Part shown: positions 39,333 through 51,967 of the stretch, in pieces
Position numbering within the stretch: position 1 is the first letter of the stretch
Layout of the letters: each line of letters starts with the position of its first letter
NCBI GenBank assembly: GCA_003427395.1
Contig: BFEA01000018.1
Span: forward strand, 2,741,666-2,805,665
Direction: 5' to 3'
DNA from: Chara braunii
Lineage: Eukaryota > Plantae > Charophyceae
DNA: 64,000 nucleotides
Notes under the pieces: generated by a model
Database searches by the model: none
The model's input: only the letters and a program-made list of their open reading frames with translations
Told to the model about the DNA's origin: nothing
Program-made: the position numbers and the translations under genes

Positions 39333-40434
39333 TGCAAGGAATATGAGTGTGAACGATGTACAGAAAACCAAAGTTGCGAAATCGCACAGATGTCCACGTA
39401 GTCGTGTCCAAGCAGAGAGTACAAAATGCACTGTGAAACCATCCATATAGAGCAATACAATGAAGTAATGAGCCAATGTTCAAGCTCGGAAGCCACACCA
39501 ACACAATATCCAAAGTCGCTCCTCTTTGTCTGGCGCCCAGCGCCCAGCCTACTCTACCCTACTATCCTACCTACAACTGGTTCATGCAAGAGGCTCACTT
39601 TGACTCTCGAAGACCAATGCACATGACTGTCAACACCATAGCCGACCTCTCTTCATGCACCAGGTACGTATCTCATCACCCTCAGTTAGAGCTTGATTAA
39701 CCCACACTCGCCTCCTTCCCTGAAGACCACCCGATCGCGCGCATTACCCCCTCCCGCCCAGCAGCCTGGCTATGGCTGCTTGCGCCCCGCTGCCTTGCAG
39801 CGCCCCACCTCACCACTACGCGCCCTGTCAGCGCCCTTGGCAGCAGCGCAGCATCAAGCGATAGCACAACAGCACTTCCGCATTGCCTGCACTGGCCAGA
39901 ATGTCTGGCCTAGGCTGCCTCACATCTTTTATCGAAGTGGCAGCGTCCTGGATGCTGCGTGTGGCCTGGCTGGAAGCTTCCAGTAGCTTCCAGTTGGGCC
40001 TCAGACCCTGCGCCCAGGCCCGAGACTTACAGTTGAAGGCCTGGGCCCTTTTCAGTTTGGCACGGCCTGAGTCTCTGGACTTGGGCTGTTTGCTGCATTC
40101 GTGCAGGGCTCCCAGGTAGGTGCATCGGCAGTACTGGTTTTCCAAAGGCCGATGGCCTGCTTCCCAATGTATCGACCCTGCTTTGTGTGTATGTGCCCAG
40201 GCGCAACTGTCAAGGCCTGGGCCAACTGTATTACGCAGCTTAGTGAGGCTCACGTGTCTACCCAACCAACTGGTGTGCTGCGATAGCCTGAATACCCACA
40301 TATGGAAATGTCGAATTTTGGCCTTTGACGAATATTCAGGCCCACCTTCACTTAGGGCGGGCACTCGGCTTGCTGGGGCCTTAGCCCAGAACATATCATG
40401 TCTGATAGGGCCCCTTGGGGACTCGTTCCTCATA
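39333..40434 (-). repeat. 5' LTR
   Basis: TGCAAGGAA..TTCCTCATA; homologous to 31372-32431. Confidence 0.9.
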
Positions 40435-40456
40435 TGATGAGTCGGTGAAACTCCGA
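40435..40456 (+). repeat. Hammerhead-bearing repeat, copy 2 (core fragment running into a gap)
   Basis: TGATGAGTCGGTGAAACTCCGA is the exact reverse complement of 63573-63594. Confidence 0.7.
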
Positions 40457-41634
40457 NNNNNNNNNNNNNNNNNNNNNNNNNNNNNNNNNNNNNNNNNNNN
40501 NNNNNNNNNNNNNNNNNNNNNNNNNNNNNNNNNNNNNNNNNNNNNNNNNNNNNNNNNNNNNNNNNNNNNNNNNNNNNNNNNNNNNNNNNNNNNNNNNNNN
40601 NNNNNNNNNNNNNNNNNNNNNNNNNNNNNNNNNNNNNNNNNNNNNNNNNNNNNNNNNNNNNNNNNNNNNNNNNNNNNNNNNNNNNNNNNNNNNNNNNNNN
40701 NNNNNNNNNNNNNNNNNNNNNNNNNNNNNNNNNNNNNNNNNNNNNNNNNNNNNNNNNNNNNNNNNNNNNNNNNNNNNNNNNNNNNNNNNNNNNNNNNNNN
40801 NNNNNNNNNNNNNNNNNNNNNNNNNNNNNNNNNNNNNNNNNNNNNNNNNNNNNNNNNNNNNNNNNNNNNNNNNNNNNNNNNNNNNNNNNNNNNNNNNNNN
40901 NNNNNNNNNNNNNNNNNNNNNNNNNNNNNNNNNNNNNNNNNNNNNNNNNNNNNNNNNNNNNNNNNNNNNNNNNNNNNNNNNNNNNNNNNNNNNNNNNNNN
41001 NNNNNNNNNNNNNNNNNNNNNNNNNNNNNNNNNNNNNNNNNNNNNNNNNNNNNNNNNNNNNNNNNNNNNNNNNNNNNNNNNNNNNNNNNNNNNNNNNNNN
41101 NNNNNNNNNNNNNNNNNNNNNNNNNNNNNNNNNNNNNNNNNNNNNNNNNNNNNNNNNNNNNNNNNNNNNNNNNNNNACAGACTCATTCTTGAGCCTTTTC
41201 TTATCCTATTTTGCCTTCATCTTCACTCCACACTCCATACTTTCCCTTACTTTCCCTTTATCGTTCTTTGTTTGTCTGCTCTCCATCTCTCCTCCCTGTG
41301 TTTATCCCCTCCCCCTTCACTCTGCCTCTTTCTCACAGCGTACAAGTGGGCTGTTATGGCACACGGATGGGGGCAGCTCGCGCTCAACTTCATCAACGTG
41401 GCGAGCCTTGTACGCGAGAGGCATGGTGAAAGGAGAGTCGAAAGAAGAACGAGTAAAATGAATGGTTTCACTGTGCCCTTCATGTTTGTCTTGTTTTTTT
41501 TTTTTTTTTTTTTTGCCGTTTGTTTCGCAAATTGCGCTCGTTTAGTTCCTAGTTATGTGACAATATATATAATTCTTCTAAGCCCAACCAATTCAATTGC
41601 CTGTCCAATCTGTACAGGACGGCCTTTCAGGCCT

Positions 41635-42030
41635 TTTTTATTGTCATTATAATATGATTATACAGTATTACGGGGAGCCCCATCTCAGCCACATCTGTGC
41701 CCAAGCCTCCAACGAGGGAACATGTGGGAGCTGTGCACCCACCAGCAGGCGCGATGCCTGCTACAGCAGGTGGGCGATACCGGCCAGGGGTCAGCCGGTA
41801 GCATCAGGACCGAGCTTCTTCGATGGGCCAGTCACTGTGTCGCCCCTTCGGTCCCCTCCCCCTATGAACATCAGCAGTCTCTGCTGGATGCCACTCAGGG
41901 GGACCAACGGCATATCTCTAGGTCGCGGGCGCCAAGCTTGCCCAGGAAGGTACATGAGGCCAATAGGGATTGAACCCAAGACCTCACCCACCTGCCTACC
42001 TCAGTTGGTAAAGGAAAAGATTTGGACCCT
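41635..42030 (-). mobile_element. Possible tRNA-derived SINE
   Basis: Minus-strand B-box-like GGTTCAATCCC near 41967-41977, a GC-rich body and an AT-rich tail. Single copy in this window. Confidence 0.35.
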
Positions 42031-43013
42031 TTGGACTTGTGGTGAGGGAAACAAAACAAAAAAAAAACAAGAAAAACCTAAGAACATAGAATCCAGCGAT
42101 GTCAGGAGACGCCCTCTCAGAGTTGAAAGTCTCACCAGTGCTTTGAGGAACGCATCTAGCCAGTATGTGTGGAAAGCGATTGGTGTTGTTTTTGTTTTTC
42201 TTCTTTTCATTTTCTTGTAGTGCCCTGCCAGCGAGGCAGGGCGTATTCCACGCGGGGCAACTGACTGCCTCACTCAGCTCATACTCACACTAGTACTGTA
42301 GCGTCGTTTATCCACCCTCACTGAGGGCGTCCTCACTGAGGGTGCAGTCACTGAATGCATCACAGCATATGGGATGTTTTTTCAATTTTTTTCCTTCTTC
42401 ACTTGCTGTTCATCGGACAGACGCCCTCACTGAGGGCGCAGTCTCACTAGCACCTCATAGAATGTATCTGATGGCTATAACGGTGTCAGGGAAGTTTCTT
42501 TTCTTCTTCTTCTTCTTCTTCTTCTTCTTCTTCTTCTTCTTCTTCTTCTTCTTCTTCTTCTTCTTCTTGTATTTTTCTAGTTCTTTTTGGGATACAACTG
42601 CCGCGAGTACCAGAAAAGAAAATACGATGGGTCCCAGGCTCAGCAAAACTTGGTGTGCAGTGAAATTCAGGTTCGGCAAAAACAGGATCGGAGGAAGTGG
42701 TGGTTTAAACCTTTTTTTTTTTTTTTTTTGGGAACAAAAGCTCCAATCTATTCGTGGGGAGCATCACGTGCTGAGAACCGGGCTCAACTTTCCTTTGAAG
42801 TGCCGTGGTTTAAACTTGATCTCTACGAACTATGGAATGGCGAAGATCACAGAACTAAGAGGGGGATGTAAAATACCCCGCTATATACTCTTTGAATCAG
42901 ATTCTAGTTATGGGTCCAGCTGTAATCGCCAAGGGGCCGAGGGTCAAGGTCAATGAAGTCTGACATTTACACAGTACCAGAATTCATACTCTTGGCAGCA
43001 TTGATGGGTCCTT

Positions 43014-43589
43014 TCATCCATGCAAACCAAGCGCCTGAATGGTAGAGTCAAGACTTGCCTTTTTAGGCAAAGCCGGGAACGTTATGGGCACGGGTGGCAA
43101 CCAGGTGACTTGCACCGAGATCCCTCTCCATCTGTTTTTTGAGTGTGAGCCTGTCTTGTTAGCCCCGCATCCGGCGTTTTTCCTGTGTATAGGCTCAGGT
43201 TGTCGTCTCCCGAGCTTCGTCTGAGAAGTGGAGAACAAATCTTCTATAGCCGTTCCTTTTTTTATTCTTTTTTTTTTATTATATATAAAGCCCACGTTGT
43301 TGTAGAGGTGGGATACTAGACGGATTCTATAGCCGTTCCTATTGTCTTGATCAATAGCTGGAAGAAGATTTGGCACCTGAACTTTTAAATTCTGAGTAAA
43401 GTTATTTATTTCCGTTCCATTTTCGAAATAAACTCCGCTTTTCGTGAAGGCGAAGTTTCTGCGAGCCAAAAGCCTGCCCGTGAATGTTGAGGGGGGGTAT
43501 AAAGAGAGCCCCTCACTGTGGCATTGGGAGTAGGTTTGTGCAGATAGCCTCTCGCGAAAGCGTCTGGACGATTCACTGCGCTTGTCCAT
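43014..43589 (-). pseudogene. Unassigned 191-codon open frame, possibly a decayed LINE ORF1 remnant
   Basis: Non-repetitive ORF with a CxxC-like remnant just upstream. No diagnostic motif recognised. Confidence 0.2.
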
Positions 43590-45689
43590 GACTGAGTGGA
43601 CAAGGCAGAAGGGCGTGGCTAGGGTGATTTATAGCTCTGGTTCTGTATGTGCACATTATGTCCTTCTCTCGAGATTGAAGCCTTGCATATTGTGCAGTTT
43701 ATGTTCTGCATGAAGTAAGTACGCTCTGTTTTTTTCTCTTTTGTTTCTCTCTTCTTTTGCTGCAGCCTGAGAGGCACAAATGGCTTCCCCTAAGGTCATT
43801 CTGGCTAAGTCCATCTGATACTGCTAGGTGAATCCGTATTGTTTTTACCCTGGTTCATCATGTACTTACCAGATTACATTTTTTTTCCAACTAAGCTATG
43901 TTCTTCTCTCAGTTTCACCATTCACTATCTACATACCACCACTCCTAAGAGGTAGCTATGCTTGCAGGGGTCCCCAGATGACATTTTCCGCACACCTGTT
44001 TTTCAAAAGGTTGCTATATTCCCTATCCTATCCAAGCGGCTTTCAAACACGATAGGTTTCATATCTTGCTTGCGTATTGTAGGAGGTCCTGTCCTTTCGT
44101 TCTCACTGGGTTTGACCGCACTTAGGTTGGTCCCTCTGGGACTCGACCCTATCAAAGGATGGAAGAGAAGGCGCTAACGCGAAGTTCTGAATCTTAATTG
44201 GGGAATACGGCCGTAACCCTTGTCTGGTTCAGTCCTGCGCTGGAGCTTTTCCCCTTTGCCCAACTTGAGCATGGTTCAACATCTTTCAAATCCTAGTAGA
44301 CACGCTTACGTACAAGTTCAGCACGATACTCAAAATTGAGCAGTGGAACACCCAAAATGACTGCTCAGGCTAAGCAGTCATCGGTACATACATATGTTGG
44401 ACTCCATGATTCACACCGCACCAGGACCAAGCTTGCCGCTCGCAAATTCCAATGGCAGTAAACATTTCGGCCCGTTTACGGAAATGCCGAACAAATGTCC
44501 TCGTAACGCCTGTTTCGATAATTTCCGTATTCGCATTGAACGGTCTCCTTACCCATGGGAAGTACGTTTTGCTCTTTGACACAACCAAATAAATATTTAA
44601 TCTCGCAAGAAAGTCCCTTGACAATCATAAAGGATACAATGTAAAGGCAGTCTTGCGAGTCTTTTATTGGATGATTGGACCCAGCATTTAACTCAGCACA
44701 GAGAATCATTCTAAGACAACAAGCGAAACCGTGCCATGGGCGATGCCCGCAGCCAAGAGGTCTTGCATCAGTGTTCCAGGGTCGAAAGGGGCAGTTTGTT
44801 CTATAGAGGGAGCAGGGTCTGTGTGAGTGTCAGCACGCCCGACTGTGTGAGTGTCAGCACGCCTGACTGTGTGAGTGTGAGCATGCCCAAGGGACGACCA
44901 TATGTGAACATGTCCTAAGAAACGACTGTGTGTGACCATGTATTCGAACATCCCGGATTCGAGCAGATATATCTGACCACACGTCCCTAATAAGGGGCAG
45001 ATCCCACTTCTACCATTTTTCGTAAGAAATCGAAAGTCGCACTTCTAGCTGACCTGCCCCGGGCGGTTCGTGAAAGGAAAACGAGATTCAACCTGGCTGG
45101 TGATTTTTCGAGGGAAGCGGCGTGTTATTGTGCGGGTGTGCGCGGTCCAATTTCTGGGTGTCCGTTTGGACACCGGCTGGTGTCTGGTGCGACCTTGGGT
45201 GACATTGCAGACCCCCAGTGTGGGCCCAGGGGGTTGTGTGTGGCAAGCGTGGACACCATCTGCTGCCCTTTCTCGTGGCCTGCGCTGTGGCAACCCGCAG
45301 TCCCCCATTGGTGTGCTGAAGGGCCTCGCGAGACAACCTGAGCATGTTTGGGATCGTGGTGAATTTTTTTTTCACCTCCGCACGGGCGCCAGGAGTCTGT
45401 GGTCGGTCCGGCATCGCTGCTCCGGCCATCTCCTCAATGGGCATTCTTTGATTTGGCCAAGCATGGGCTACCATCGCTGCAGCTCCCCACGGCGGAAGTT
45501 CGCCCTTGCTGAGCCCACTCATTCAAAGCATTCTCCATTCTGTGCCAAGCAATGTTGGCCAGTAAAGGCGATACAACTTGAGGCTTATGAAATGACTTTT
45601 TTTCGAGTGGTATTTTCATGGGAATTTCATTTATTGCTGTAGGTTTTTTATGGAAAATAACTGCAGTTCCTCTTCATTTGTGGGCACCT

Positions 45690-46925
45690 GATGTATATGA
45701 GGGTTCTCCTACTTTTGTCACAGCTTTCTTTTGTCATGTTCATCATCGTGATGCAGAACGTGAGGATTGTGTTGTTGGTCCTTGTGTATGAAGTTCTTGA
45801 GGGCGTGGGGCGAGTGGGCGGCCTCCGCCTTTCGCAGCTCGACGAGGGTGACGATTGTGGGTGCGGGAGCGAGTGGGAGAAATGTGACGAGCTGAACATG
45901 ATGGGTGTGGGACACAAAAAGAAATTCTGAGAATAAACACAGCTGATGCGTTCGGTGTTCGACGACATTTTGGAACGAATTGCTCCAAGGATTCAAAAGA
46001 GGGACACTCGCTGGAGAGATGCTTTGCCAGCCTCTCTCAAGTTCGCCTTCGCACTTTAGAGATGGGCCACGGGCGGGTTTTACCGGCAGTGCGGAAACAA
46101 CTTTGGGATGGCACCAGATGCACGGACGACGTGGCAAGAGTTGTTTGTGCAGAGTACGAGCATATGTTATGTTGGTCGACAGACACTCGCTTACAAGCAA
46201 CCCTCGACTACTACGACGTGAAAGGCTTCCCAAGGTGTATTGATGTCATTGACTGTACACACATCTACATTGACAAGCCACGTGGCGGCGAGGCGGAGCC
46301 GTACTCCGATCGCAATAGGCAATACTCCATCCAAGTGTAGGTGGTGTACGACGAGAACCTGCGCATATTGAACGTTGTCGTTGGTGCACCTAGTTCTGCT
46401 CATGATTCATGTGTTCTATGTTTGTGTAATCTGTACTGGCGCGGAGAGGAAGGGAGGGAGCCATTCACGCGGAGGACGAATGTCTTGATGGATGGCGTGG
46501 TGATGGGGAGATATCTACTGGGAGATGTTGGGTATCTCATCCTGTCATGGTTGATGACACCTTATGGCGGCGGTGACCGAAGTTCTCCGCCCTGCGCAGC
46601 GCGATTGGAAGGTGTTTCGGCAGGTTGAAAGGAATGTGGAGATGCTTCGGGCGCAAACACATCGTGAATATGGAGAATGTTTGTTAGCAGTTCTTTGCTT
46701 GCTGCATTTTACATAACATCATTATTGATGGGGGTATCCCAGTCGACGAGGAACTGCTTCGGCGGATACCAGATTATGATAGCGAAGACGGAGACAAGGA
46801 AGAAGAATCTGCGGATGAGATGAACGACAATAATGAAGGGCATGGAGCACGACGGAGACGACGACGAGGCCGACCTTCGACGCGAGGGGTCCACCCTATA
46901 TGCAAGCCATTTGCAACGCCGCGAC
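45690..46925 (+). pseudogene. Harbinger (HARBI1-like) DDE transposase, disrupted
   Basis: FDDILERIAPRIQKRDT, GFPRCIDVIDCTHI, SAHDSCVL, YLLGDVGY, WLMTPY, IGRCFGRLKGMW and ACCILHN. Stops and frameshifts are present, and the catalytic E appears as G. Confidence 0.92.
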
Positions 46926-48070
46926 GTGACGGAAACTCTTCGTTGCTCTGTGCTTCGCCATGCTCTTCATGTAGCTCATGCTTTTGCTGCACCTGCTGGT
47001 GCACAGGGATGAGTGTTCCCATCGTCGGTGGTCATATTAATCCATTTTTTGTCGAGAGAGAAAGAGAGGTTGAGAGGTTGAGACTCGAGAGAGGAAGAGA
47101 GAGAGAGAGAGAGAGTCATCATGAGCATTCAAAGTTTTGTTGTGGTTTCCATACTAATCTTTTGTGTGTACTCAGTCGTATATATTTTGTGCCCACTTTC
47201 AGTAATTGAAGCCTACGGGCTGTCATTTTCAGTTTGGTCGTATGTTTGGAATTACATTTTTTATTTTTCGCTCGTTCCAGTGTCTTAAAAATATAAAAAC
47301 AAACAAACAAATTCGGATCCGACCACAATTCACCCCCAACCACATACAATATTGATTATACACGCAGTACTTTTCAACAGAACATGACATAATCCGCTGT
47401 CAATGTGAAGTGTTTGGGAGGCACAGCAGTACAGTTGATCACCTGCAGCCTCAATTTCATCAGCCAAAACAGGACATCACATTGGCAGGTCATCCATCTC
47501 AATCGAAGTGATTTGCATGATTGACATGACCTGCCATCGATGGCAGTCCTAACTTCTCATTGCCGACCGTGAACACCATCACCCCGACAATGATAGCACA
47601 AGGACAAATACGAAAAAACTGTTGCGTTTCAAATTTAAAATTAAGGTTGTAAATGCCCATAACAAGAACTCAGAATTCCTGCCCACAAAAAAAACATCCT
47701 CGACATCGTTCCAATGATTTCGATCCAGACTGTTCCAAGCGCAGTGGCCCATGAAAACGCCGCAAACACCTAGGCGTACAACGTGTTCCATGCGGACAGC
47801 AGACCCACGGGCGTGCATCAGAAGCCTAAACAAAAGATGCAAAAAAAACGGAGGACAACATAAGAGGCTACAGTGGAAGGATGACGTGATGACAAACTGT
47901 TTATAGCGCTATCATGTTATCACCACTATTTAGAGCCGGTGGACGAATCTGGCTTCATACTCATTGCCCTCCGAAGGTGACATGACCGCCAACATTAACG
48001 GTGATCTACCACCACAGGGCATGGACACACGCCTCTGCATCGGTGTTCGATAAGGTTGTTCGGGATCACA

Positions 48071-49239
48071 TCACCGAGGGACACGATGACGCTCGTCAGG
48101 GTTCCTCATACCTCCCCCTGGGTTGTGCACAATGGTGACATAAGTGTCACAATCAGCCCCTAAACTAAGCGAGCCCCCTTCGTAGATTGCCAATTGCTGC
48201 TCTAAACGCGCCACCTCATCCCGCAAGACCGCGATCATGCTCTTTGCACCTTCTGCTTTCGAAACTGCCACACCCCCTCTTATGGAACCCTTGTCCACCG
48301 CCTCGCGCAAACGTTTCAAATCCTCTACCATAGTGGACACACGCGTGAAGAGAACACCTCTCTTGCGTGCGAGCTCGTGTGCTTGTTCGATCAACTGCCT
48401 ATGGGTGAGAGCAAAATCACCCGCCATGTCCACGACCTCAGTGATACCGCGAAGCAGACAAGACGACATCCCTCCTTGCAAATGTGTAGTGCCCCCCCAC
48501 GCAGATACGTGCAACAAGGCCATCACCCACGACACATGCGGATGGATAAGTGTCAAACGAAGACAGACCCGTTATTACAGAAAACCCAAAAAATAAAACA
48601 AAACCATGACATCATATACGGGTAAAGCCTTTCACATGTTACAAAACAAGTGAAAATTATTTTCGTGCTGCAAGCATATGTTACCCCTGTTGTGTGCAAC
48701 AATCCTCCCCCCCGGTACCTTTGTGTTGTGAGAGAGAGGGGAGCAGATGTCGGATGTCCCGCCATAACGTACATGAGCTTCTCACCAACGGCGATACAAC
48801 CAATTATCATCCTCTGGGTCCCAATCATGCACCAGCCCGTGCAGGTATAGTCTGCCCCTCAGCGGGGATTCCAACACAGTCTTGTAGAAAGGGGTGTCCA
48901 CCATCTGTCCATTGTGGCCCTCGGCTATGGCCGGCATGACATTCCGAAGTATATCGCCGACCATGTCACAGTCATTACAATCCCAGACGTCCAGGATGAT
49001 GTAATTTCATCGCGAAGAAGATGACGTCGGACAACAGATCAGCGTCGTCGTATCCAATAACCGCGAGCACCTCCATGGCATACAACCCGTTGAAGAGCAC
49101 GTCATACCACCTGTCAGAACGGGCGGTCACGTCGTTGTTGAACACCAATTCGGGTGGGTGCACCCAATCCAGCCTACGCAGTACCTCCTTCACCACCACC
49201 ACGCGCCCGACCATGATACCATTGAAGACTGTGCACACT

Positions 49240-49305
<66 letters not shown>

Positions 49306-49388
49306 NNNNNNNNNNNNNNNNNNNNNNNNNNNNNNNNNNNNNNNNNNNNNNNNNNNNNNNNNNNNNNNNNNNNNNNNNNNNNNNNNNN

Positions 49389-49471
<83 letters not shown>

Positions 49472-49542
49472 GTGAACCACCTCCAAAGAATTTCAGCACG
49501 TAGCGCACTGGCAGTCGTGGTTCGGCCCCCTCGATCACATAT
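48071..49542 (-). pseudogene. Extra spliced coding segments inside the Harbinger element, function unknown, ending in a coiled coil
   Basis: Acceptor TTGTTGCAG at 49543; coding frame to about 48719 with in-frame stops; GT donor; second segment 48071-48500 (LRDEVARLEQQL). Confidence 0.5.
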
Positions 49543-49697
49543 CTGCAACAAGGCCATCACGCACGGCACATGCAGATGGACAGTGGTGAGATGTAGAGGG
49601 GCCCACAACCGAAACATATGGGGGGGGGAAACAAAAAACATAAAAACCACCACATCAAAAGCTCATAATCCAAATTGAAGCGAAAGAAATACACGAG

Positions 49698-50474
49698 TCA
49701 AATTGAGCACCAAATCGGACTACATGTGTTTGTCGTGCTGTCTTCTACCATCCCCTGGTCCGGCCCCGTGTCCTTTTCGGAAAGCAGATGTCGGTTGTTC
49801 CGCCAGGGAACCGGAAAGCATTGTAAAGCACTGCAGTAGCGTGTTGTTCGTGTCGACCATGGTCTTGTTGATTCCGCCCAGGGCATCCACAAAACTGCCA
49901 GAAAGATTTTCGGTCTGTCTGTCGGTGGCTTCGACGAGAGTGTGGGCGACGTATGCAAATGTCTCACCCTCCCTCCCTCCACATAACCATCGGACGCCGA
50001 ACGTCTCGGGTGCCCTCTAACCCCACCACTACGTGTGAACTTCGTTCCATCACCGCTATCACTGTCTGCTTTCCGGTGAGCAGCACCGGTTTCGTCCCCA
50101 CAACCCATGTCGTCATCATCGTTGTCTGTGCTCAACGACCCTCCTTGCAGATTCATACTCTGCATCACCCCATCATAGTGACCGTCTGCTTTCGTCAACT
50201 TCCATTGCAGTGCTTCATAGAACTCGCGTTCGAACGTCAACGGAAGTTTTGCCTCCCTTCGTTGATCCTGTGTCGTGGCCCAGTAAGATGGTTCGTCAGA
50301 CTTCTTTCCGAAATCACGGATCTTCTTCCCGTTGTCAAGGAGCCTGTTGTACTTCCTCTCACATTTGTCCACGGTGCGCTCGCCGAGTCCTCTCTCAACA
50401 AGTTTTTTCACAATCCACTCATATTTATCCTTCTTGCTTCTCATCTGGTGCCTGCCTTTTCTCTTTTGTTGCAT
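49698..50474 (-). pseudogene. Harbinger Myb/SANT (trihelix-like) DNA-binding protein
   Basis: KKDKYEWIVKKLVERGLGERTVDKCERKYNRLL..SYW..LPLTFEREFYEAL fits the Myb/SANT-like trihelix pattern. The upstream part is broken. Confidence 0.85.
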
Positions 50475-51967
50475 GTAGTCTTATTCAAAAAGCAGTTTGA
50501 GCAATGTGACGCTCTCAGTTGAACTCCAATCAGCACCCCAGCCTTTGCCCTTCCCCGCATTGTATTTACCACGGCCTCCCCCCCCTGGCCCTTTTGCCCT
50601 TCTTCCTCGTATCTACACCCGCCGCATCGTCCATCCTAACATCGTCGATGTCACACAACCCGTGCTTTGTGTACCAGCTATGTCGGCAAGTAAACCTGCC
50701 CATATCTCGCCCGTTACAGCGTCCTGCTTGTCCATATCCTGACCACGTCCGCAACCAGTCCACAAGGCTTATTGCCATCGAATTCGAATTCACACGCATC
50801 ATGACAAAGACCACCATGATTGTTGAAGGCAACATCCGAAGGCACGGACTGCGTCGCACCTCCAACAATGTCGGTAGAAGGCGCTCTTCCGTAGTGGCTC
50901 ATGGATGTACGTCCACCCACCCCCGCATGCATGTTCGGCGCACCGATAATAACGTCTGACGTATCCGCAGAGGATGCTGACATCCCCGCAGACAACTCTC
51001 CTTCACCATTGGGCCCCATGCCCCCCAGTGGTTGTTGCCACTAGCCTCCACGTGGCATTCCCCACGCCTGGTAGCCAACAGTGCCCCCATATGACTCTCC
51101 ACCTCATTGTGGTCCACAATTGTCACCTTCCACGGAGGGTTGTCATGCTACGAGGCACTTTCTACACCCGCTACATCGAAGTGTGCAGGTTCTTGAACGA
51201 TGGTAGAGGAGGCAGACCATGTGGCATAAGGGGCGTGGTCCGTGCGTAAGACGACCCTGTGCCGACCATCGATGAAGCATGATAACCTGCCACTTACGTG
51301 ACAGAGATCGATGGTGTGACATCCGCCATACTTGTCTCCACGGGCATTGGGGACGAGAACGCCGATCGACATTGGACAGGCAGAGAACCAGGCTCCATAC
51401 CTCTGAAACGAAGCGTACACACGTGGTAGTTCAAGGCAGCAGTGTGAGCCCACCAATCACATGCGGCGTTGATAGGTACATGAACAAAGCGCGGTTGCGG
51501 AACAAAGGTGGTGTGGTGCTTCGTGGTAGAGGCGCGTCTAGTCTGCCACAGGGTGGCCGACGAACCGTAAGCGCACAAATATAGTACGGGCTTGCAGGTG
51601 GTATTACGTAGAGAGAAGTGACAGGTGTCGTGGTGGGAACCAACAAAGTGGGACCCCCAATGGTATCAGCGGAGGGGGGTGGTCGACAGGATGCGGCACC
51701 TGCTTCCCGTTAGGGGGACGGCGGTAGAAATCCGACCATCACATACTGGAGACAGTGGGCGGACATTCCAGGACTACCGTTGGACCAAGGGGGGGGAAGG
51801 AATATATCAAATCTTCCGCCTTCTTTTTCGCTACAAAGTACGTGGTAGGACACTTTCGAAAATCGGTAGAACTATCGCCCCTGCAATCACGCTGGCGCTT
51901 CCACGTACGACAATGTTTCCACTTCCCCGACATTCCTGGACGGGATCCGAGTTCCGTGGAAGGAAGT

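Larger units (their letters stand above)
31372..40434 (-). mobile_element. Ty3/gypsy chromovirus LTR retrotransposon, near full length, inactive
   Basis: Two LTRs of about 1.1 kb, PBS, PPT, and gag-PR-RT-RH-IN-chromodomain order. Confidence 0.95.

Noticed and set aside
51661-51670. TGGTATCAG PBS-like motif
   Set aside because: It lies inside the Harbinger element with no adjacent LTR.
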